From Podospora anserina (taxonomy: Eukaryota): 64,000 nucleotides of DNA. The translations under genes were made by a program, and so were the position numbers. Below, in pieces: positions 27,270-38,300 of the stretch; positions within the stretch are counted from its first letter, which is position 1; each line of letters opens with the position of its first letter. Location of the stretch: contig CM030337.1 of assembly GCA_017654855.1 (NCBI GenBank), forward strand, positions 1,364,001 through 1,428,000. The letters run 5' to 3'. The notes beneath the pieces are model-generated. The model worked only from the letters and a program-made list of their open reading frames with translations, had not been told where the DNA came from and made no database searches.

Positions 27270-28547
27270 TCAACCTGGTTGAACAATTTGACTTAGGTTT
27301 CCTGCTATATCTTCTTCCAATCGTGCAGAACCCGCCGTCTTTTCCTCTCTGTTTTCTTGCAGATCACCCTCCGGCCCAACAACCTCTTCTCCTTCTACCA
27401 CTTCTTCCTGAGCCCAGTACTCTCCCCCCTGAAACTTCATTACCTCATCCCCCCACCCCCACCAACCCGCCGTCAAGTTCCGTGCAAACATCTCCAACGC
27501 TGTATACCCCCTAGGTAACACCTCCTCAAACACCCTCTTTAAATTCGGCTTGCGAGAGTGAATATCGGGCACAGAGACAATAACCTTATTCTTCACACCA
27601 CCAGCCCCTGCACAAGCCCCTTTTTTCCTCGCAATCAACAACCGCTCATAAGGCTTCCGCCATTGACTCCCCAGACTGACAATCGGCTCCCCACGAGACG
27701 TGACTTTGACCCAGGTCCATTCTGCCACTAGCTCAATACCCCAGTTGTAGGGGAAAATGTCGTTGAGGAGGAGGGTGGTGAAGCGGGGGGAGTTGGTGAC
27801 CCATACTGCTACGAGTCCGTCAGGGGAGAGGAGGGTGGTTATTTGGAAGGAGGACAGGAGGGAGTGGGTGGAGGAGAGAGAGGGGAGGGGGGTGTAGGCG
27901 GCGGGGCTGGAGCGTTTGCGTTTTGCGGAGCGGTTGGGCCAGGGGGGGTCGAGGAGGATGAGGGAGAAGGTTTGGGAGAGGGGGGGGAAGGGGCCGGTGA
28001 GTGGGTGGGAGTTTGGGGGGGTGTAAGGAGAGTCTGGGTTATCGACTTGGTTGGTGGGGATTATACTGTGATCTTCGGTTGCTTTGGGAGGGGGATTTGG
28101 TTCTGTGGGTGTTGATGTGCTCTTGGGCGGCGCTGCTGTTTCTTCCGGTTGCGTGGCTATCTGCTTTGACTCAACCGGGGCTGGTGGCTTTGAAGTGAGG
28201 CGTGGTAGACACCAGGGCCCTTGATAGGATGTGCTTATCTCATCGAGTGCTGACTTAACGGATGCCATGGTCATGAGCTCGGCTATCTGAGCTGCGGGTG
28301 AGATGGCTGGTTGAGCATAATCACTGGACTTCGGCTCCGGAGTTACGAAGGGTTGTTCTGGTGCCGGCGAACAAATCAACCTCCGGAATGGTGCAGTTGT
28401 GTCTGGTGGCTCATGGCCAGGTAGCATCTGTTTATCGGAAAGATACTGGGCTTCTTCAATTGACCGGGGGAGGTCGAGTAGGACCACCGTTTTGGCCTCG
28501 TTCTGCCAGAGAATGCTGGATTCAGGCATGGTTTCGATAGTGTTCAA
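27270..28547 (-). CDS. MT-A70 family N6-adenine methyltransferase (METTL4-like)
   Basis: LILLDPPWPNRS catalytic motif, VAVWVTN, EWTWVKVT..GEP, RKPYE, HSRKP, LEMFARNL..GWW.WGDE. Confidence 0.88.
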   Translation of the reverse strand: MNTIETMPESSILWQNEAKTVVLLDLPRSIEEAQYLSDKQMLPGHEPPDTTAPFRRLICSPAPEQPFVTPEPKSSDYAQPAISPAAQIAELMTMASVKSALDEISTSYQGPWCLPRLTSKPPAPVESKQIATQPEETAAPPKSTSTPTEPNPPPKATEDHSIIPTNQVDNPDSPYTPPNSHPLTGPFPPLSQTFSLILLDPPWPNRSAKRKRSSPAAYTPLPSLSSTHSLLSSFQITTLLSPDGLVAVWVTNSPRFTTLLLNDIFPYNWGIELVAEWTWVKVTSRGEPIVSLGSQWRKPYERLLIARKKGACAGAGGVKNKVIVSVPDIHSRKPNLKRVFEEVLPRGYTALEMFARNLTAGWWGWGDEVMKFQGGEYWAQEEVVEGEEVVGPEGDLQENREEKTAGSARLEEDIAGNLSQIVQPG

Positions 28548-29322
28548 TCCATCCCATACATGGACATTATTCTCAAGGCAGGCTATTCAATGGCTCAGGT
28601 ATTTTGATTGGTCCTTAACATCTAGTCAGTGATTTGCAATGAGACTATGGAATTTGTAACAATTCATTCCGCTTACAAGGTCTTATATAGACTATTCACG
28701 CATCAACTGCCATGGTAGCACTTATCTTCGCAGTATATGATGCCCTCGTGACCAACTCGTGACCGTGAATGTGGATATATCGATAACAACCTTGTCAGCG
28801 TCGTCAAAAGAGGGTACCATGTGGGCTTCTAGAAATCCCAGAATGGCATAGTGTCAAACCTGATTTACTTGGGCGGCCGCTGGTTGGCCCGTTCTCAGGC
28901 ACTGGGCCCCTAGTTCAGGCGGGTTGGTCAGGTGGGAGGATTCGGCAATCCTCGGCTATGCGGGGTGGCACTGGAGGGCTTGCGGTTCTAAAGCTTAAAG
29001 AGTCTGCGGAGAAGACGGAAATGACGTTTGGCTGTTGCATTCCCGGCTTTCGAGAGCGTTTTCTTTGCTCCATCTTCTGAATCGCATTCACAGCAAAACA
29101 TTACGTACTTGACGATAGACCTATAACTCACTTCCAACTCGTATCTGGACCGTCGCCGAATATATACCTTTTCTCGACGACCACAGAATACAACAGAAAG
29201 ACATTTTAACTCGCAATGCGCCAGTAACGCAGAGCGTCCGTCCCAATATTCCCCTCCCCGAATCTACCTGTCGCGATATTCCGCTACACCAGTCCGCTGA
29301 AGCGGGCAACCCCCGGGCCCTC

Positions 29323-30524
29323 ATGAGCCATGCCTCCATGCCGGGGGTCTCGTCGCCTCAAATAGGGCGAGACACTACCCGTGCAGCCCGGCCAAATGCT
29401 ACAGCACTGCCGGCTAAGGATCCAGCAGTATGCCCTACAGACGACGAGGCCCAGGTGCCGAGGAAGCCTCCTAAGAACAAGCGGAGCTTGGATTATGTCT
29501 GGCGATCTGGAGTCGCAGGTGGTCTGGCAGGATGCGCGGTAGGTTCTTGCCTCGGACTCAGGCACGAACATTGTACGGTTGACTAACATAACCATAGGCC
29601 AAGACTGTTGTTGCGCCGCTCGACCGAGTGAAGATTCTTTTCCAGTCTCATAACCCACACTTCATCAAATACACGGGATCATGGCTTGGTGTGTCGGAGG
29701 CCATGAAGGCCATCTACCAGCAGGACGGACCAACAGGCCTTTTTAGAGGCCACTCAGCGACACTTTTGAGAATTTTCCCCTACGCAGCCATCAAGTTCCT
29801 GGCCTACGAACAAATACGAGCTATTGTCATTCCGAACAAGGAGCACGAAACGCCATTCCGACGACTTATCAGCGGGTCTTTGGCAGGTGTCACCTCAGTT
29901 TTCTTCACATATCCACTAGAAGTTATTCGAGTACGGCTGGCTTTCGAGACGAAGAAGGACAGCAGATCATCACTACGCTCAATATGCAAGCAGATATATG
30001 GTGAACAACAAAAACCGCGCACTGTGGCTGGCCCTCTCGGCGAGCCTCTGCCAGTTGCGCCTGCTAGGCATGGGCTGACCAACTTTTACCGTGGATTCTC
30101 CCCAACGCTCCTGGGCATGCTGCCCTACGCTGGCATGTCTTTCCTGACACACGACACGGCCGGCGACCTTCTTCGTCACCCAGAAATTGCGAAGTGGACT
30201 ACACTGCCACAACCTGAGAATGCGCCCGCCGGGAAAGCAGCGCCTTTGCGGTCTTGGGCTGAGCTATTCGCGGGTGGCGTGGCCGGTCTGGTTTCTCAAA
30301 CGGCGTCCTACCCGTTGGAAGTTATTAGGCGGCGGATGCAAGTTGGTGGAGCGGTCGGCGATGGCCACAGAATGCGCATCGGCGAGACAGCTGGGATAAT
30401 TATGAGAGAGCGCGGACTGAGAGGTTTCTTTGTGGGCTTGACCATTGGTTACGCCAAGGTGGTCCCCTTGGTGGCGGCGAGTTTCTACACGTACGAAAGA
30501 CTAAAGACATGGTTCGGCATTTAG
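29323..30524 (+). CDS. LEU5: Mitochondrial carrier, CoA transporter type; intron ~29539-29597
   Basis: SLDYVWRSGVAGGLAGCA|AKTVVAPLDRVKILFQ, GHSATLLRIFPYAAIKF, three PX(D/E)XX(K/R) signatures. Confidence 0.85.
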
Positions 30525-31153
30525 AATTTCTTGGGGTTCCTCTGGTTCTTGTTTTGTTTGCAAGCAAGCACAAGATAGGCGTTTGGGGTTGGCAGGCAGA
30601 TTTCTTTTGTATATACAAAATCTTGGGTTTGAGGGGTTGTCTTTTTCGGGGTGGGCCGGCTCGAGCTGGTTTGAGATACTTGGTCGAGGCTAAACAGGAA
30701 GTTCATTTGGTTACTAGCATCATAGTGGACCGTCGTTGGGGCGGGTAGAAGCAATATGAATGTATCATGGCTATCTTGATCTGCTACCTTTCAAAATTGA
30801 GCTCTTGGATCCAGCTTGACGCTTACCATGGCCGGCGACGAGCCATCTCCTGACAACGGGGTTTAGGGTCTCGATGGTGTAGTACGAACTACCGATGGAC
30901 ATCGACGGCGTGACATGGCACCGAGGCAGAATCATGTCACTTTCAGCAGTAGGTGGAATACCCGCGAGGAAACCATATCAACCGGCACACCTGCGTGACT
31001 CGACATTCGCGGGATTAAATCACTCCGTGACGGCGTTCCAGAAAAATATAACATTCAAACCATCATCTTCTTCAACTATCACCGCTCATCAAGCAATAGC
31101 TTATCCGTCTCGATCTCTACCCCTTCAGTCACCACTCACCAACATTGCCCACC

Positions 31154-32079
31154 ATGGCCTCCACCCAGAACCAAAACCAAGGACAAGACCGCCCCATCAT
31201 CAAGGCCCATTCCGCTCCCGAGAACCACAACCAACACGTCAAAGACCCCCTCGCCCACTTCAATGCCATCCCCCCCCTCGCCAAAATGCTCTCCGATCCC
31301 GCCCTCCTCAGCACCCAAGTCGTCGACCGCCGCCCCTTGCCCTCGGGTGAGAGCAACTTTGTTCGCAAGGTGATGAACTCTGGCACCACCGTCAAGGCGT
31401 GCGTGACATTCTTCCGGATGCTGCAGCCCCCTGCTTCAATGGTCAAGAAAGCTCAGGCTGCCGGGGCAAAGGGGGAGTTGATCCCCATGGAGGAGATCAC
31501 CAAATCCAAAGCGATGCTGCAGGGGGGTGGGGCGCAGGACGGGGAGGATATGAAGAACCCGTTTTTGCTGTTTAGTGCGCTGGTGGATTTAGGGGAGGAT
31601 CTTTGTGGTTATGCGGGGACGATGCATGGGGGCTTGTTTGCGGTGCTGATGGACGAGGTTATGGGGACGGCGGCCAATTTTCAGAGTGGTAAGTTTTTTG
31701 AGTTTTTTTCCCCTTTTGCTATATCATTCCAGCTGCTCCGCGGTTGAGGGAGGGGTTGGGATTCTTGGGGCAGGATGCTGACGGGACTATGTTGACAGAG
31801 CACGGCGCCTATACTGTCCAGTTCAACACCAACCTTCAGAAGGCGATCAAGTTGCCCATGGTGGTTGTTATCAGGGGGAGGGTGGTCAAGAAGGCTGGAC
31901 GGAAGATCATGGTTAGGGGGTGTATTGAGGATCAGAATGGTTAGTTGTTGAGATTGGTTGCTGTATCCCTATGTGATCATGGAGTATGACTAACGCAATA
32001 TTGAACAGGCAATATCATGGCTGAGGGCGATGGTCTCTGGATCCAGATGGATAAGAACGTGGGCAGGAGTCAGTTGTAG
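31154..32079 (+). CDS. Hot-dog fold thioesterase (PaaI/THEM4-like); 2 introns
   Basis: LGEDLCGYAGTMHGGLFAVLMDEVMG; AYTVQFNTNLQKAI; AGRKIMVRG; final exon IMAEGDGLWIQ...QL*. Confidence 0.8.
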
Positions 32080-32967
32080 ATGTTGCTCTTGGCAAGTTGT
32101 TTGTAGGCAATAGAGGAGGAAGGTGATATAATAATCTGAAACTTAACCCGGACTTTCTCCTCGAGAAGACCAATAGTTGGAAGCTCTTTCCAACGGCCAA
32201 TGATGACGTGAAGTGAGAATGGCAAACCTGAGAGACCGGAGCTGGAAGGCGTATCTCACCATTGGAGTTCAAACTTTTTTTCTTGTTTTTTATTTTTTTC
32301 TTTTTTTTACACGAGAGGGGGGCAGACTTTCAGAACTCAACCAACCAAACATTTCTAACATCAACTCACCTCTTCTGCATGCACTTGCTTGAACATTATT
32401 TCGTTCTTGATCGTCACTTTACCCACAAACACTGTAGGTTATCATTTCATGGCTCTAGATGGCATAACAAAACAAACGGACTAACCAACCAATCAATCGT
32501 GCTATAGGAAGTCCAGGAGAAAATTACCAGAATGTCCAAACCCGACTTATTACCCCTACGCCAAAGGAGGGAAGAACCTTTCAACGCCGCCCGTCGCCGG
32601 AACTTCTAGAGCAGCCGCTTTTACATGATAACCGAGGACGCCTTCGCGAAGATGGTGAAGGACATGCAGTCATCTTCGACTCACATCGATTTGGCTGCCC
32701 TCTTTTGCCTGGGTCGCGTGTCACGGGATTTCCGATACACGGTTCTCAATGTTCTAGACATTGGCGGTTTTGACGCCTCGTGGTTGGAGGGAGTTCAAAT
32801 GGTGCAAGAGAATACCGCAACGTAATACACAACGAAGAGAATGATACGGATTTTGCTACTGAAAGGTAGGTTCTTTGCCAAGAAATACCCGAACATGCAG
32901 GCCTTGGGCGGAGGGGAGGTTTTGAGACAAGGAAGAGCTTTGGGAGAGGGGGAGGCAAAACATGATG

Positions 32968-33068
32968 TGGGCTCCGTCCTTTCAGAAGCGGGCTCCCTCC
33001 TTTCAGCAGTGGGCTCCCTCCTTTTCGAAATGGGCTCTCTCCTTTTAGAGGCGGGCGCCCACCTTTTA
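32968..33068. repeat. Imperfect 21-bp tandem repeat, ~5 units (GGGCTCCCTCCTTTCAGAAGC-like)
   Basis: Units gggctccgtcctttcagaagc / gggctccctcctttcagcagt / gggctccctccttttcgaaat / gggctctctccttttagaggc. Confidence 0.7.
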
Positions 33069-33548
33069 GCCTTGTTTTACATTTTGCCTTTTCTTTGTTT
33101 TTTCCTACCTTTTACTCAAAGAGGAGAGAGGGAGGCACAACATGAGCTTGAACAAGAAGGGGGAGAGAGGGAGGCAGGGGATCGTGGAAAGTAAGAGTGT
33201 CATCCTACCTTGACCTCAACATCGGCTCAATGTGCCCGGAGCCAGGCCTGCCCCTGCACGACACTGTGCAGGGTGCAGAGCGATATATGTATTTCTGATC
33301 AGCGAGAAAGGACATCAATTCCAAGTTTGCTTAGTTATGATACACTCACCTCGTAAGATAAGCATTAAGCCCTAGAAAATAGTTAACAGGCCTTTAAAGA
33401 GGATTGGCAGGTGTTAAAGATAGCTAAAAAGCATTGAAAGATGTTTAAAAGGTCTACTGACTTTCATTTAAAGTATGTTTTACGATATAATAAGTATTGA
33501 CTTATGTTGTGTGGTCCGTTGGCATGGGTTTAATCACCAGGCAATATA

Positions 33549-33919
33549 TGTGACGAACCCCTGTACAGAACCTCTGAAAGGGATACGGGTTGAAGGTAAC
33601 TTCTGATAATTAGTTTGGTGTAGTTAAATAGTGCATAATAAGATATCTTAATGTAAATATAAGATACCGTGAATATAATTGTGAATTATATACTGCGGAA
33701 CTATCTATCTATATTAGCTAGTTCCTCCGTATATATAGATTTATTTATTACTATTATTATTAATAATAATATCGATTATTATTCGTCGTTTATTAAAGGC
33801 TAATAATAATCGTGATTATTACTTTTAGCGCTAATAATAATCTGACTTCCCTACTTTTTTGTTTTTAATGGTTAGACGGGTCGCGCCCCGCGTTCCCTAC
33901 TTATATTAGGTCCGTAATA
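33549..33919 (-). repeat. 3' LTR of element A (same U3 type as element B LTRs)
   Basis: Starts TGTGACGAACCCC, ends RIP-altered CCGTAATA; reverse complement of 36438-36805 and 60117-60484. Confidence 0.85.
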
Positions 33920-34039
33920 TAATGCCCTTCCTTTAGGCTAACGTCCCGTTAATTTAATTATCGATTATATATATTCTTTTCGTTTCCTTTTTCTTTTTCG
34001 TAAGTCTTTCACTCTTATCCTTTAATAGCCTAATTAACG

Positions 34040-34730
34040 CTATATTTATAATAAAACCTTTATTATTGTTTATATAGTACTGTACTAAATTTATTTAAAA
34101 TATTATTAAAAATAGTTTCTTCGTTATACTTTATTTATAATATAATTTATAAGGATTAATTTACTATATAATAAATAAAGTAAAACGTTATAAAGCTTAC
34201 GTATATTATAGTCGTTTATATAATAGTTCCGGTATCCCTATTTTATTACGTAAATCTTTTATTACTTTTTTTTTCTTTATTAATCTTCTTTAATAAATAA
34301 AATTATGCGAGAGTAACGTTATTTATAGGAGGAAGAGAAACGTACCGAGACTTTTCTAATCGAGTATTAATAAAAAACTTTTAAAGCTTTAGTTCGTTTA
34401 TCGTAAGTCCGTCACTAACGCGAATTTCTTATAAATAAGAGAGCCGTTATAGTTGCTCGTAGCCTCTTGTCTTTCGATAAGTTAAAAGCTGCCGAACGTA
34501 CCGAATAGGAGGGAGTTACGCGGGCCGCGTAGGCCATCCCGTCGTCTAACGACGCTCCTCCTTCTAATCCTACTCCTCCGGGTCCTTCCGACTTCTCTTT
34601 TTTAGATCCTTCCTTAGGCTTCGACTAGCTACCTAACCTTTCTCTGGATCCGGGTACGGCTAATCCTTCTTTCCTAATTCCGCTAGGTGCCGTTAAAGGT
34701 ACGCCTTCCACTTCCTAAAGTAATTAAAAC
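34040..34730 (+). pseudogene. RIP-inactivated antisense accessory gene of element A: Zn2Cys6-like cluster plus coiled coil
   Basis: Reverting TpA to TpG/CpA using both copies gives PCSWCDSQGLSC.MMD.VKRCEACVRRGRSCDG, an intron, then ...RQREFLVDRGAVMVARGLSSLDELEAAER; boundaries approximate. Confidence 0.55.
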
Positions 34731-35023
34731 GCGTGACCCTACTTATATTTAGGTCCCCTTATACCTTTTATCTTTATAGTGTAATGAGTAGTATGTCGAC
34801 TATTACGTTAAAGGTATAGGTTCGATTTTTATTAAGGTTCTTCGGTATTAAGGTTTATATTTATAAACCTCGGTATTAATCTTTTTATTTATTTAGGTAG
34901 TTAAAATATATTTATAATTTCTACGAATTATTTATAATCGGGTATTTTAATTAATTAACTAAATACTTTAATTAACCTTTATTAAACTATAAATCTAGTA
35001 TTTCTTTTATATTATATTCCTTT

Positions 35024-35646
35024 TATTAATGTGTGGGTACTACTAAGTGCCCTACTTACTGCTTTACAGATTAATATTATAGTGGGCAGTACTGCTATAA
35101 ATAGTAATGGAACTTCCCGGCTTGGATCTCTTTAGTATATTCTTTATAAGAGACCCTTGAAGGCTTACAAGGCTACTGTGGCCTAAGGCTTAATTAATGG
35201 ATATTAAAACCTTTTAAAGTGGCTATAGGCTTACGTAGTAAGTTGCTACAATAGTGTAATTTATAAGGCACCTCTGCTACCGAAGGTTCTATGGATTTCC
35301 GTAAGTCTATACTAGACCCACCTAAGCCCACTAAATACCCTAAAGTAATATAGGGGCTTCCAGGGCCTATAGGACCCATAGTAGGCTTACGAAGGCCTAT
35401 ATATAGACCTCTCCTCTTTCCTGTAGAATAGTTCCTTTCTTTCTTTCTTTAAGGGGCAAAAGCTTAAGGCTAAGGCCAAAGGTAATAAAGGTAATTTTTA
35501 TTCTTTATACCTCACTGTATTACAGTGCTTTACCTTCCTTCGGCACTGCCGTCGTATCCTCCCGCTTCCGCTTGCGCACTGCTGTATTTTACAGTAACCC
35601 TGTATAGGTTCTATATTATAGGCCTATTAGGGCTTACTAGCTAACA
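35024..35646 (+). repeat. Copia solo LTR without matching TSD
   Basis: Near-identical to 38301-38932 and 43196-43827; flanks CCTTT vs ACTTT. Confidence 0.9.
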
Positions 35647-36437
35647 ACTTTTTTTAGTTTTTTCGAAAAAAAAGTTATTAAATATAACTTTTTATCGTTA
35701 TTTTACTATCCTAATTATTTACCGATTATATAATTTAATATATTTGCCTCGACCTCGAATAGTCGATTAAAGTTTAATAATTTAAATATTAGGTCTTTTA
35801 AAATAATCTTTTTTAGTTTTTAAAAGGCTTACTTCTCTTTTTACCCCTACCGGAACTCTACGTTTTTATTAATTAAATAATTAAATAATTACGTAATTAT
35901 TATATATTTATAAATAAATATCCGATAAAAGTTTATAAACTTTAAAAATTCCTTAATATATATTTATAATTATAATATAAACTAATCTTTGATTACTATA
36001 ATTTTCTTATATTTTATACAAACCTCTCTTAACGATATTAAATATCCTAAATATATTATTTTTTATATATAAAACTTACTTTTTTCTTTATTAATTAAAA
36101 GTCTAATTCTATATAGCGCGTTAAATATCTTTTATATATATCGCTTCTATTTCTTTAATATATATAAATAAATAAAAATATTATTAAAATAATATATTAT
36201 TATTTTATCGAGGTACTTCTAAATTATATAATTAACGAGAAATTAAAATATTATAGGTATATTAGTTAACTTAAATAGTATTACGAGATACTCGAAATAA
36301 TTATAAAGTATATAAAACGTTATTTTTTATTTATCCCTTTCTTTAATTTATATATAAACGTACCCGATAAATATATTTAAATATATAAAGTATTGTACTT
36401 TAATTAATTAATTCTATAATTTAAATATTAATAATAA

Positions 36438-36805
36438 TGTCACGGACCTGATATAAGTGGGGAGCGCGGAGCGCGATCGTCTAACCACTGAAACGGAAAA
36501 GTGGGGAAGTCGGATTATCACTAGTGCCAAAGGTAATAATCACGATTATTATTAGCTTTCGATAAACGACGAATAATAATTAATATTATTACTAGTAATA
36601 ATAGTGATAAACCGGTCTATATATACGGAGGAACTGGCTAGTGTAAATAGATAGTTCTATAGTATATAATTTAGTTTATATTTACGGTATTTAATATTTA
36701 TATTAAAATATTTTATTGTATACTATTTAACTGTACCGAACTAATTATTAAAAGTTATTTTTAATTAGTATCTCTTTTAGAGGTTCTATATAGAAGTTCG
36801 TTATA
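36438..36805 (+). repeat. 5' LTR of element B
   Basis: TGTCACGGACC start; TATATATA box; direct repeat of 60117-60484. Confidence 0.88.
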
Positions 36806-38300
36806 CGTTATATACTTACTTTAACTTTATTATAGATAAGTTAAAGGTATTAAAATAATACTATAGCCGGAAACGTTAGTACTTAGGGAGGCTCGACCTA
36901 GCCTACTATCGATTAGTTTCTCGCTTATATTTAAAAGCTTAAAGATAAATTACGCCTTTCCTATAATATCCTTACCTAAAAAAACGCTATACTCTACTAG
37001 GAGATTAGTACCTTACGTAGGGAGGGAGAGCGTGCTAAGCTCGAGGTACCCGATTACTATAGAGGCGTAAAGGGAGAGCTAGGAGGGTTCCTGATTTAAT
37101 TTAAAGCTTACTTTCGGTATTACCCTTTTCGTTTCTTAAACGAGGAATTTAAAGTTATATATACTACGTTCCGGCTTAAAAATAAAGTATTTACTTAGTT
37201 CGAGCCGATTTTAGAAAATTATTTCGATAATAAGTATAACGAGAAAGAGGATATTACGAAAAAATATTTTAAGTCGTATAAAGGCTTTAAAGAGAAGATT
37301 AAAGAGATATTTAAAAAGTATAACGAGGGTAAACGTACCTAGGAGCGACTAACTAACTTTAAATAAATTCGATTTATTACCGATTACGTTATAGTATTTA
37401 AAATAAATTATATTAAATAAAGCGATTAAAGATTATTAATAAATATATTATAATAATAATCCGTATTAATAATTAATAATATTAATACTATAAAAAGCGT
37501 AAAAGTATATATATATAAAGATTTTATTACTTTAACGATAAAAGGAAAAAACGGTTATACGGGACTTATATTTCGGGGATTATATATGTAAGGCTTATAA
37601 AAGTTAATATTATTTAATAATAAAGGTTATAAGGTTAAAGTAAAAATAATTTTAAATATTTTAATTATAATAAGGTAGGATATTTTAAGAGGGACTATAG
37701 GGTACTTAAGTAATTTAGATAGAAAAGAAAGATCGTAGTAATTATTATATTAAAAGGACCGAAAGTTATAAAGGTTATAGTTATTAGGTATTAATAAGGT
37801 AAAGCGAAGAATTATTATTAAATATATATATAAAAGAATATTAAATACGTAAAAGACGGAAAATAGGAGGAAACTAAGTAAGTATAATTAAAAAACTTTA
37901 TATTATTAAATAACTTAAAGTAAGAGGATATTTTTAAATAATATAATTATTTAAAAAACGATTTACGGCCCTTTGCGGGAGCCAATAACTTTTAACGGAT
38001 TACGAATAATATTTTTATAAATATTAATATAAAATAAAGGTATAAAATAATAATCCGGTATTCGTTAACGAAGTTACTACTATATAGGAAGGAAGTAAGA
38101 AAAATAAATATTTTTAAATTATAATATATTAAAAAAATATTTAAATAATAATATTAATAAATAAAAATATAAAAACGAATTTAATTTCGTTATAGTTCGT
38201 ATATTAGGTTAGGATATTATAAAAGAAAAAAAAGGAATAAATTATTATATAAGGATTATTTTTAACGTAAAGAGTTTATAAAAAAATATTACTTTTAAAT

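Noticed and set aside
27270..28547. MT-A70 methyltransferase linked to the GATC-containing motif of element D
   Set aside because: It is an ordinary host METTL4-like gene among housekeeping genes ~15 kb away; nothing ties it to the element.
32625..33194. Short ORFs before the TE nest as a gene
   Set aside because: No recognisable domain; the frames are kept open by a 21-bp repeat; at most a degenerate remnant.
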